64,000 nucleotides of DNA. Source: Eledone cirrhosa (Eukaryota). The translations under genes were made by a program, and so were the position numbers. The notes under the pieces were generated by a model, which saw only the letters and a list, made by a program, of their open reading frames with translations, did not search any database and was not told the origin of the DNA. Each line of letters starts with the position of its first letter. Within the stretch, counting starts at the first letter, position 1. The stretch is taken from positions 30,504,001 through 30,568,000 of the forward strand of contig OZ024761.1 of the NCBI GenBank assembly GCA_964016885.1. The letters are read 5' to 3'. Shown here piece after piece: positions 11,614 to 24,837 of this stretch.

Positions 11614-14600
11614 GGGGTGGTGGATTGGCAACATCCTTAGAGAGTCGGACAACATGATTTGTAATATGGAGTTACGTTCCTTTACGTTCTCAGTTCAAAT
11701 CCCGCTGATGTCAGATTTACCCTGCAGCCTTACGGGGGGTCGTTAAAATAAAGTACCAGTAACGCACTGGGATCAATTTAATTGACTTTCCCCTTTCCCC
11801 AGAATTGCTGGCCTTGTGCTTACATCGGAAACCATTATTATCATTGAGGGTGGTGTATTGGCAGTATCGTTAGAGCGTCGGACAATATGCTTCACAGCAT
11901 AGAGTTGCAGCCCTTTACGTTCTTAGTTCAAATCCTGCCAAGGTCATCTTTGCCTTTCATCCTTTCGGGGTTGATAAAATAAAGTACCAGTAATACACTG
12001 GAGTCAATTTAATTGACTTTCCCCTCCCCCAAAATTATTGGCCTTGTACCTAAAGTAGAAACAATTATTATTATCTTAACCATGGCAGTGGATTGGCAGT
12101 ATCGGTAGAGGGTTGGACGCCATGCTTTCCAGCATAGTTACGTCCCTTTACGATCTGAGTTCAAATCCCGCCGAGGTTGACTTTGCCTTTCATCCTTACG
12201 GGGTCGATAAAATAAAGTACCAGTAATGCACTGGGTAATTGCTGGCCTTGTGCCTAAAGTAGAAACAATTATTATCTTAACAATTAATTGACAAGTGGAT
12301 TAGCAGAATTGTTAGAGTCAGGAAAAATGGTTTGGTGCATTTAGTTACGTCCCTTTACTTTCTAAGTTAAAATCTGATTGAGGTCAACTTTGCCTTTCAT
12401 CCTTCCAGGGTTGATGAAATAAAGTACCAGTCATGTACTTGGGTCAATGCAACTGATCCCCCCCCCACACCTACAAATTGCTGACCATATCTGTCTAAAA
12501 TAGAAACCATTATTATTTGGGTGGTTGATTTGCCTGAATCGGTAGAGTGTCGGAGAAAATGCTGTAAGATAGTTACAGTTCAAATACTGCCATGGTTGAC
12601 TTGGCTTTTGATCCTTTTGGCAGTGTTGATAAAATGAAGTGCCATTCAAGTAATTGACTCTCTGCTGATTGTGGGCTTAAACTTGAAACAATTATTGTTA
12701 GTGTTCTCTTTTAAGGGCAGAGAATTGGCATTGGAAAAAATGCCCTTAAGCATTTTCTCTGGCCTTTTATGTGCCAAGTTAACTTTGCCTTTCATCCTTA
12801 CGAGGTCGATGAAATAACATACCATCAATGTACTAGGGTCGATTTAATTGACTTTCCTCTCCCCCACAACAAATTGTAGGCCGTGTGCCTAAATCAGAAA
12901 CATTTTTCTCTTTTAAGGGCAGAGAATTGGTAGGGCGTTGGGAAAAAAAAATGTCCTTTAGCATTTCTTCTGAACTGTTATGTTCCGAGTTCAAATCCTG
13001 CTGAAGTCAAGTACCAGTCAGGTACTGGGGTCGATGTAATCGACTGCTCCTATCCACAAACCCATCCTAAATTGCTATTATTATTATTATTATTATTATT
13101 TATTCATTTCTCAAAGGTGTTGGATTGGCAGAATCAGTAAACCCCCCAAAAACAAAAAATGCCCTGAGGTATTAAGTTGTGTGGCTTTCACTTGTGTTCT
13201 GAGTTAAAATTCTACCAGGTGATGGGGGTAGGTAAAATAAATTACCAGTGACATACTAAGGGAGGGCTCAATTTAATTGACTCTTCATTCCCCTCCCACT
13301 GCTATCACCTGAAATATGTGTGGCTTTGTGTCAACTCTAGAAAAAAAAAAACAAATTATTATTATCATTAACATTTTAAAAAAATTTATCATCATTAATC
13401 ATTTTATTATTATTAATATTATTGATGTTTTTGAAATGTGGTTGGCAGAATTGTTAGAGTATTGAACAAAATGCCTTGTGGTATTTAGTTATGATCCTTT
13501 ACATTTCTGAGTTCAAATCCCACCAAGGTAAACTTTACATTTCATCCTTCTAAGGGGTCGATAAAATAAGTACCAGTAATCCACTGGTTGATTTAACCGA
13601 CTTTCCACCCTTCCCTTCAAAGTGCTGGCCTTGTGCGTAAAGTAGAAGCAATTATTATTATTATTATTATTAGGGCGGGGAGGCTGGCAGTATTGGAAAA
13701 GTGTCGAACACTCTGCTTCGGGGTATAGAGTTACGGCCCTTTACTTTCTGAGTTCAAATCCCGCTGAGGTTAGCTTTGCCTTTCATCCTTACAGGGTCGA
13801 CAAAATAAAGCACCAGTAACGCACTGGGGTCGATTGATTTAATCGACTTCCCCCCCCCCCCCCAAATTGCTGGCCTTGTGTCTATATCAGAAACCAATAT
13901 TATTATTATTATCTTTATTTAAAAAAAAAGAAACAAAGCGAAAAATAAACAACTTATTGGGAAAAAAAAAAATCAAAAACAATTATATAACAAAGAAATA
14001 TTTAAAAAATGTGACAAAAGAGAAATAAAAAAAACAATAACAGAAACAATGTTTATTTGAATAAAACTATAAACAATTTTAAGTTTCAAAACTGAAATGG
14101 TGTCCCTTTGAAATATGTTTATAAACCCCTTGTATATTTATCATCATCATCATTATTATTGTTGTTGAATTGGCAGTATTGGTAGAGGGTTGGACGCCAT
14201 GCTTTCTGGCATAGTTACGTCCCTTTATGGTCTGAATTCAAATCCCGTCGAGGTTAACTTTGCCTTTCATCCTGACGGGGTCGATAAAATAAAGTACCAG
14301 TAATGCACTGGGTAATTGCTGGCCTTGTGCCAAAAGTAGAAACAATTATTATTATTATCATTATTGATTGGCGGTGGTTGGCAGTATCGGTAGAGGGTCG
14401 GATGCCATGCTTTGATGCATAGAGTGGCGGCCCTTTCCATGCTGAGTTCAAATCCCGCCGAGGTTAACTTTGCCTTACGGGGTCGATAAAGTAAAGTACC
14501 AGTAATGCACTGGGTAATTGCTGGCCTTGTGCCTAAAGTAGAAACAATTATTATTATTATCATTATTGATTGGCGGTGGATTGGCAGTATCGGTAGAGGG

Positions 14601-15365
14601 TCGGATGCCATGCTTTGATGCATAGAGTAGCGGCCCTTTCCATTCTGAGTTCAAATCCCGCCGACGTTAACTTTACCTTTCATCCTTACGGGGTCGATAA
14701 AATAAAGTACCAGTAATGCACTGGGTAATTGCTGGCCTTGTGCCAAAAGTAGAAACAATTATTATTATGGATTGGTAGTATCAGTAGAGGGCCGAACAAC
14801 ATGCTTAATGGCATATAATTATCGCACTTAATGTTCTGAGTTCAAATCCTGCCAAGGTTAGCTTCCCCTTTCATCCTTACGGTGGTCGATAAAATAAAGC
14901 ACCAGTAATGCACTGGGGTCCATTTAATCGACTTTCCCGTTCTCCCAAAATGGTTGGCCTTGAGCCTAAATCAGAAACTATTAAAATTATTGAAGGCAAT
15001 GGATTTGCAGTATTATTCGAGCGTTGGACAACATCCTTTATGGCATAGAGTTACAGACCTTTACATTTGGAGTACAAATCTTGTCGAGGTTAACTTTGCT
15101 TTTCATTCTTACAGGGTCGATAAAATAAAATACCAGTCAAACACTGGGGTCGATTTAATCAACTTTCCCCACCGCCATAATGGTTGGCCTTGTGCCTAAA
15201 ATCAAAAACCATTGTTTATTATTATCATTGTGAAGGTGATGGCTAGGAGAATTGGTAGAGCATCGGACAACATAACTTACAGCATTGTAGTTATAACCCT
15301 TTACTTTCTGAGTTCAACTTTGCTTTTCAACCTTCCAATGTTGACAGAATAAACTACATGTCAAG
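11614..15365 (+). mobile_element. Cluster of ~16 head-to-tail tRNA-derived SINE copies
   Basis: Repeated ~180-230 bp modules (tggcagtatcggtagag...gagttcaaatccc...gcctttcatccttacggggtcgataaaataaagtaccag...gctggccttgtgcc...attatt), all on +. Copies start near 11614, 11845, 12085, 12293, 12520, 12715, 12915, 13115, 13436, 13672, 14168, 14369, 14570, 14769, 14993 and 15232. Confidence 0.9.
14060..14065 (+). promoter_or_regulatory. Candidate polyadenylation signal of ANKRD13
   Basis: AATAAA in the only substantial non-SINE gap (13910-14160) of the SINE cluster. Other AATAAA hexamers occur nearby and inside the SINEs. Confidence 0.3.
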
Positions 15366-15427
15366 TACATTTATAATACTTATACATCAAGCAAGATGAA
15401 TACTTTCATATCTTTACTTTGTAAATA

Positions 15428-15433
15428 TTTATT
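15428..15433 (-). promoter_or_regulatory. Candidate polyadenylation signal of the NRF-6-like gene
   Basis: AATAAA on the minus strand ~80 bp after the stop codon. Confidence 0.5.
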
Positions 15434-15513
15434 AAAAATATAGAATGGTAGATCAATTAAATACATTCATGAAATTTTTCTCTCTGAACCTTCTAGAAAT
15501 GACTGGTGTTCAT

Positions 15514-15627
15514 CTATTTCCGATTTGTAAATACTTTGGCGATCATTCTTACTGGAGAGTCAAACGTGATAGTTGTGACGAACGACACATCATATGTCAG
15601 TACAATATGGCCGATAAATGTGTATAT
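15514..15627 (-). CDS. NRF-6 / O-acyltransferase-like protein, last coding exon
   Basis: cttctctcccag acceptor, phase 0 consistent with the upstream exon. Encodes IYTFIGHIVLTYDVSFVTTITFDSPVRMIAKVFTNRK*, similar to the family terminus 'YxFxGHLVLxYxxSFxxSLxFESP'. Not in the ORF track. Confidence 0.8.
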   Translation of the reverse strand: MYTFIGHIVLTYDVSFVTTITFDSPVRMIAKVFTNRK

Positions 15628-16030
15628 CTGGGAGAGAAGTAAACGTAGATAAATAATGGCAGAATAAAAGATTAGAGGAATGAATAGATGAACAGATTGT
15701 GGATTATATAAAAAGATAAACCGAATAAAAGATTAGGGGAATCAAGACATATAGAAAAAAGAACAATAGAATGAATCATGGAATACAGGAATGAATAAAG
15801 AATTGGAGGAATATTTCTTTTCCTCCATCCTCTATCTCTGTCTATCTCTATCCCCCACTCTTCCTCTCCTCTGTTGTTCTCAATCACTCTTTCTCTCTCT
15901 CTCTACCATCTTATTCCACGGTGTGCTATTAAGTTAGAATTGGTCTGGGCCAATACTGGCTGAAACCTGTTAAAATTTAGGACATATGTAATATATTATA
16001 AGATAAGTAGAAAAGAGTTTTGGCACATAC

Positions 16031-16173
16031 AACAGTTGGTGTTGATAAATATATAGTGACCATGCTAAGTCTTCGGGCCAAGTTCATAATTATTGGATGA
16101 AGCAGGAAAGCACCATAGGTGACTCGGCCCAGTGGTATGAAGATACTCGCAGACAGAAATTGAGTCACAAAAT
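16031..16173 (-). CDS. NRF-6 / O-acyltransferase-like (acyltransferase-3) protein, penultimate exon
   Basis: Minus-strand tgtag acceptor and gtatgt donor. Encodes [47 protein letters not shown], matching the NRF-6 family 'FLSxxxFxPLSRLTYxAYLxHP' motif. Confidence 0.85.
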
Positions 16174-16214
16174 CTACATAATAGAAATATATTACATACA
16201 GTTAAATGGATATA

Positions 16215-16277
<63 letters not shown>

Positions 16278-16292
16278 TTATATATATATATT

Positions 16293-16330
<38 letters not shown>

Positions 16331-16457
16331 TATTTGTATATATATATTTATTTATATATATATATTTATTTATATATATATATTTATTTATATATATATA
16401 TTTATTTATATATATATATTTATTTATATATATATATATATTTATATATATTTTATT

Positions 16458-16489
<32 letters not shown>

Positions 16490-16559
16490 TATTTATATAT
16501 ATATATATATTTATATATATATTTATATATATATATTTATTTATATATATATATTTATT

Positions 16560-16721
<162 letters not shown>

Positions 16722-16982
16722 TATATATATATATTTATATATATATATTTATATATATATATTTATATATATATATTTATATATATATATTTATATATAT
16801 ATATATTTATATATATATATATTTATATATATAACGAAATAAATATGGTTTTATAAATATAGTTTCCATTTATTTAATATCATAAATATACTCCAAATAC
16901 TTGTTGAGTGCTTTTATATCAGTTATAAATATTTACTCGTTGTTAACACAACAATTTAAATATAACTTTCCATATATATATT

Positions 16983-17019
<37 letters not shown>

Positions 17020-17104
17020 ATATATTTATATATTTATATATATATATATTTATATATTTATATATATTTATATTTATATATATTTATATTTATATATTTA
17101 TATT

Positions 17105-17140
<36 letters not shown>

Positions 17141-17152
17141 TATATATATATT

Positions 17153-17183
<31 letters not shown>

Positions 17184-17466
17184 ATATATATTTATATGTA
17201 TATTTATATATATATATTTATATATGTATATTTATATATATATATTTATATATGTATATTTATATATATATATTTATATATATATATTTATATATATATT
17301 TATTTATTTATATATATATATATATTTATTTATTTATATATATATATATATTTATTTATTTATATATATATATATATATTTATTTATATATATATTTATA
17401 TATATATATTTATATATATATATTTATATATATATATTTATATATATATATTTATATATATATATT

Positions 17467-17588
<122 letters not shown>

Positions 17589-17594
17589 TATATT

Positions 17595-17626
<32 letters not shown>

Positions 17627-17632
17627 TATATT

Positions 17633-17664
<32 letters not shown>

Positions 17665-17880
17665 TATATTTATATATATATATTTATATTTATATATATA
17701 TATTTATATTTATTTATATATATATATATTTATTTATATATATATATATTTATTTATATATATATTTATATATATATATATTTATTTATATATATATATA
17801 TATTTATTTATATATATATATATATATTTATTTATATATATATATATATATTTATTTATATATATATATATATATATTTA

Positions 17881-18838
17881 TTAAAAGGGTAGGTTTTGCT
17901 GATCAGGGATTTTATGGTGGTTCCTGGCTTTTCTACCACCTTTATTTTTAAGTGGGTCTTTCTCAGGGCCTTTCTACACTGGTTAGCTAATTTCCCTCCA
18001 GGGGTGGCGTCCACAAACATGACACTCTGATATCTCTGGTTGTCGTACCATGATGTGGCCTTCCCTCTCTCGTTATGTAGACGATATCAATATAGTTATA
18101 AGAACACCCCCACTAGAGAGCACTAACAAGTTTGATTTAGAACGTAGCACGATGGAAAGCATCCAGCAGATAGCTAATTCCATACACCAGAGTATAACTG
18201 TAACTATAGACTTCCCTTCCAAACACCCTAACAATAGACTACCTGTATTAGACACAGAACTCTGGATTAACACTATAGACGAGAGAGCCCAAATTCTCCA
18301 CTCACACTATGCTAAACCCATGGCCTCCAAATACCTGATACTCAAAAACTCAGCAATGTCCAGTAGTGCTAAGTTTAATATTCTGATCGCAGATTTGGTA
18401 CGAGTGATGAAGAATGTGTCCAGCATGTGCGACCCAACAGAAATGGAAGGACACATCCAACACTTCATCAACCGCATGCAGTTCTCTGGCTACAACCAAA
18501 GAGACAGAGTCAGAGTATACGAAGGAGCCATGGAAAAATATAAGACCCTCATAGAACTGGACATGAAAGGAATTTGCCCACTATACAGGAGCAAATCATG
18601 GAATAGCTTAGATAGGGCTAGACATAAGATAGGGAAGGCCACATCATGGTACGACAACCAGAGATATCAGAGTGTCATGTTTGTGGACGCCACCCCTGGA
18701 GGGAAATTAGCTAACCAGTGTAGAAAGGCCCTGAGAAAGACCCACTTAAAAATAAAGGTGGTAGAAAAGCCAGGAACCACCATAAAATCCCTGATCAGCA
18801 AAAATAACCCTTTTAAGAAAACCCACTGTACCAATAGG
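17881..18838 (+). mobile_element. Penelope-like element reverse transcriptase/thumb/linker fragment with inverted 5' segment
   Basis: Open frame 18070-18838: [69 protein letters not shown]. It overlaps in homology with the ORF at 8773. 17881-18066 is the reverse complement of 18631-18815. Confidence 0.92.
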
Positions 18839-18851
18839 ATATATATTTATT

Positions 18852-18886
<35 letters not shown>

Positions 18887-18927
18887 ATATATTTATTTAT
18901 ATATATATATATTTATTTATATATATT

Positions 18928-19170
18928 TCGTTTCTGAATTTGTTTAGCAAGATTCTTTATCTGAAATCGTGTGTTGAAACCGATATTGTTATACTTTGGG
19001 AGGGTCATGTTGCCAATAAGAAACACACGCACCAGTTGCTTTCACTTCAAACCAACCAGAAATTTATAAATTTGTAAATTTATAAATATATATTAAATTA
19101 AATTGAAGTGAAAGCAACTGGTGTGTGTGTTTCTTATTGGCAACATGACCCTCCCAAAGTATAACAATAT
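18928..19170. mobile_element. Palindromic pair of PLE terminal ends with 55 bp extension
   Basis: 18985-19049 and 19102-19169 are inverted copies of the 9740-9802 terminus. 18928-18983 is the reverse complement of 9805-9860. Confidence 0.8.
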
Positions 19171-19185
19171 TTATATATATATATA

Positions 19186-19216
<31 letters not shown>

Positions 19217-19241
19217 TTATTTATATATATATATATTTATT

Positions 19242-19277
<36 letters not shown>

Positions 19278-19289
19278 TATATATATATT

Positions 19290-19356
<67 letters not shown>

Positions 19357-19367
19357 ATATATTTATT

Positions 19368-19442
<75 letters not shown>

Positions 19443-19553
19443 ATATTTATATATATATTTATTTATATTTATATATATATATATATTTATTTATATATAT
19501 ATATATATATTTATTTATATATATATATATATATTTATTTATATATATATATT

Positions 19554-19610
<57 letters not shown>

Positions 19611-19819
19611 ATATATATTTATTTATATATATTTATATATTTATATATATATATTTATATATATAATATATATATATTTATATATATTTATATATATAAT
19701 ATATATATATTTATATATATTTATATATATATATATTTATATATATATATATATATTTATATATTTATATATATTTATATATATATATATATATTTATAT
19801 ATATTTATATTTATATATT

Positions 19820-19850
<31 letters not shown>

Positions 19851-19887
19851 ATTTATATATATATATATTTATATTTATATATATATA

Positions 19888-20228
19888 TCATCATTTCATC
19901 ATTTCATTTTATGTCCGCTTTTTCCCTGCTTGCAAGGGTGGGACGGGAACTGATTTTGGCTTGATTTCTACAGCTGGATGCCCTTCCTAACACCAACCTC
20001 ATTTACAGTGAGTGCTGGGTGCTTTTTTGCCGTGGCACCTCCACGACCACTTTGCAGTAGAATGATATGGACCCCAGTCCCTATCATCTCATTTCTACAG
20101 CTGAGTAAACTGGAGCAATGTGAAATAAAGTGTCTTGCTCAAGGAAACAACACATCACCCGGTCTGAGAATTGAACTCACAACCTTTCGATTGCAAGGCC
20201 AATGCTCTAACCACTAAGCCATGTGCCT
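19888..20228 (-). mobile_element. Retroposon remnants: RTE-type tail-like repeat plus tRNA-derived SINE
   Basis: Reverse complement contains ggttggtgttaggaagggcatccagctgtagaaa with a (tga)n tail. 20095-20228 is the inverted copy of the SINE at 3200-3330. Confidence 0.65.
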
Positions 20229-20286
20229 CCAATCTATATATATATTTATATTTATATATATATATATTTATATATATTTATATATT

Positions 20287-20343
<57 letters not shown>

Positions 20344-20378
20344 ATATATATATTTATATATATATTTATATATATATT

Positions 20379-20443
<65 letters not shown>

Positions 20444-20494
20444 TTATATATATATATTTATATATTTATATATTTATATATATATATTTATATT

Positions 20495-20549
<55 letters not shown>

Positions 20550-20612
20550 ATTTATATATTTATATATATATATTTATATTTATATATATATATATTTATA
20601 TATATATATATT

Positions 20613-20647
<35 letters not shown>

Positions 20648-20718
20648 ATTTATATATATATATATTTATATATTTATATATATATATTTATATTTATATA
20701 TATATATATTTATATATT

Positions 20719-20794
<76 letters not shown>

Positions 20795-21336
20795 GATATA
20801 TATTGATATTTATAGATATATATAGATATATATTGATATTTATAGATATATATTGATATTTATATATTGTTATATATATATATATATTGATATTTATATA
20901 TATATTTATTTATATATATATATTTATATATATATTGATATTTATATATATATATTTATATATATGCACAAGTTCTAATTAAATTGTTGGGATACAACAA
21001 GTAAATATTTTTATAACTGTTATAAAGCACTCAACAAGTATTTGGAGTAAACATACGATATTAACAAATGGAAACTATATTTATAAACCCATATCTATTT
21101 TATTATACATATTTCAAGGACACCATGTTAAATTATGGTATGCTTTCATCAGACAAAATACAATATATATCGGTTTTATAAATAAATATTGACATACCCT
21201 TACAAAATGCAACCAGTACTGTTGGAAGACAGTATATATATATATATATAAATATATATATTTATATATATATATATAAATATATATTATATACTCTTTT
21301 ACTGTTTTACCTGTTTCAGCCATCCATATATATTTA

Positions 21337-21381
<45 letters not shown>

Positions 21382-21534
21382 TTATTTATATATATATATA
21401 TATTTATATATATATTTATATATATATATATATTTATTTATATATATATATTTATTTATATATTTATTTATATATATATTTATTTATATATATATATATA
21501 TTTATTTATATATTTATTTATATATATATTTATT

Positions 21535-21585
<51 letters not shown>

Positions 21586-21590
21586 TTATT

Positions 21591-21621
<31 letters not shown>

Positions 21622-21652
21622 ATATTTATTTATATATATATATATATTTATT

Positions 21653-21703
<51 letters not shown>

Positions 21704-21708
21704 TTATT

Positions 21709-21761
<53 letters not shown>

Positions 21762-21764
21762 ATT

Positions 21765-21795
<31 letters not shown>

Positions 21796-21798
21796 ATT

Positions 21799-21829
<31 letters not shown>

Positions 21830-21916
21830 ATATTTATATTTATATTTATATATATATTTATATATATATATATATTTATATATTTATATATATATATATT
21901 TATATATATATATATT

Positions 21917-21947
<31 letters not shown>

Positions 21948-21950
21948 ATT

Positions 21951-21981
<31 letters not shown>

Positions 21982-21984
21982 ATT

Positions 21985-22069
<85 letters not shown>

Positions 22070-22072
22070 ATT

Positions 22073-22105
<33 letters not shown>

Positions 22106-22138
22106 TTATATATATATATATTTATATATATATATATT

Positions 22139-22174
<36 letters not shown>

Positions 22175-22286
22175 TATATATATATATATTTATATATATA
22201 TATATTTATATATATATATATTTATATATATATATATTTATATATATATATATTTATATATATATATATTTATATATATATATATT

Positions 22287-22317
<31 letters not shown>

Positions 22318-22368
22318 ATTTATATATATATATATTTATATATATATATATTTATATATATATATATT

Positions 22369-22479
<111 letters not shown>

Positions 22480-22526
22480 ATTTATATTTATATATATATA
22501 TATTTATATTTATATATATATATATT

Positions 22527-22577
<51 letters not shown>

Positions 22578-22594
22578 TTTTATATATATATATT

Positions 22595-22627
<33 letters not shown>

Positions 22628-22796
22628 ATTTATATATATATATATTTATATTTATATATATATATATTTATATATATATTTTTATATTTATATATATATA
22701 TATTTATATTTATATATATATATATTTATATATATATTTTTATATTTATATATATATATTTATATATATATATATTTTTATATTTATATATATATT

Positions 22797-22827
<31 letters not shown>

Positions 22828-22890
22828 TTATTTATATATAGATATTTATATATAGATATATTTATATTTATATATATATATATTTATATT

Positions 22891-22921
<31 letters not shown>

Positions 22922-22930
22922 ATATATATT

Positions 22931-22981
<51 letters not shown>

Positions 22982-23000
22982 TTTTATATTTATATATATT

Positions 23001-23033
<33 letters not shown>

Positions 23034-23202
23034 ATTTATATATATATATATTTATATTTATATATATATATATTTATATATATATTTTTATATTTATATA
23101 TATATATATTTATATTTATATATATATATATTTATATATATATTTTTATATTTATATATATATATTTATATATATATATATTTTTATATTTATATATATA
23201 TT

Positions 23203-23233
<31 letters not shown>

Positions 23234-23320
23234 TTATTTATATATAGATATTTATATATAGATATATTTATATTTATATATATATATTTATATATATATA
23301 TATTTATATATATATATATT

Positions 23321-23351
<31 letters not shown>

Positions 23352-23494
23352 ATATATTTATATATATATTTATATATATATTTATATATATATATTTATA
23401 TATATATTTATATATATATTTATATATATATATTTATATATATTTATATATATATTTATATATATATTTATATATATATATTTATATATATATT

Positions 23495-23527
<33 letters not shown>

Positions 23528-23636
23528 ATATTTATATATATATTTATTTATATATATATTTATTTATATATATATTTATTTATATATATATTTATATATA
23601 TATATATTTATATATATATATATTTATATATATATT

Positions 23637-23672
<36 letters not shown>

Positions 23673-23903
23673 TTATATATATTTATATATATATATATTT
23701 ATATATATATTTATATATATATTTATATATTTATATATATATTTATATATATATTTATATATATATTTATATATTTATATATATATTTATATATTTATAT
23801 ATATATTTATATATCTATATATATTATTTTTATATATTTTATATATATATTTATTTTTATATATCTATATATATATTTATTTTTATATATCTATATATAT
23901 TTA

Positions 23904-23952
<49 letters not shown>

Positions 23953-24332
23953 ATATATTTATATATATATATATTTATATATATATATATTTATATATAT
24001 ATATATTTATATATATATATATTTATATATATATATTTTTATATATATATATATTTATATATATATATATTTATATATATATATATTTATATATATATAT
24101 ATTTATATATATATATATTTATATATATATATATTTATATATATATATATTTATATATATATATATTTATATATATATATATTTATATATATATATATTT
24201 ATTTATATATATATTTATATATATATATTTATTTATATTTATATATATATATATTTATATATATATTTATATATATAATTATATATTTATATTTATATTT
24301 ATATATATATATTTATATATATATATATATAT

Positions 24333-24837
24333 TGAAATAAAATGAAAACGAAATTTCATTTCTCACTCTTAGTACGGCACTTACTTAAATGTAAGTATTT
24401 ATGTGTACGTACATACATATATACAGACGTACAGTAGCATGCATATATAAATATATATACGTACAGGTACACATACATATATGCACGTATCAGTTTAGCG
24501 GACTCTTATTATAACGCCGCTTTGTTCGTTTGTAAAGAAACTGAACAGCCTGATTTTATGCCGTACGGTGTTAAGGCAACCACGTCACCTTTTTGTTCAA
24601 CACTGACTCAGGAACGATGTACTAGTTTCAAGCTTGTTAGCTATCATCAGCACAGTATACCCTTCTGCCAGATAGTTGAACGTTCGAAAGTATATACTTT
24701 CCTTATGAAAATTAACGGCTGAGCAGCCTAATTTGCATATCGAGTGAGTTAAGTCGGTCAGGCACACCGAAAACGATAAGTTGAAATAAAATGAAAACGA
24801 AATTTCATTTCTCACTCTTAGTACGGCACTTACTTAA
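24333..24837 (-). mobile_element. PLE-type terminal repeat with partial tandem duplication and hammerhead
   Basis: 24781-24837 repeats 24332-24388 directly. Homologous to 6325-6720, abuts (TA)n, and has a hammerhead core at 24614-24656. Confidence 0.72.
24614..24656 (-). ncRNA. Minimal type I hammerhead ribozyme (stem I imperfect)
   Basis: Minus strand reads actgtg-CTGATGA-t-agct-aaca-agct-t-GAAAC-ta-GTA-catcgt. Confidence 0.68.

Noticed and set aside
15445-15642. 65 aa plus-strand ORF
   Set aside because: It is the antisense shadow of the NRF-6-like last exon.
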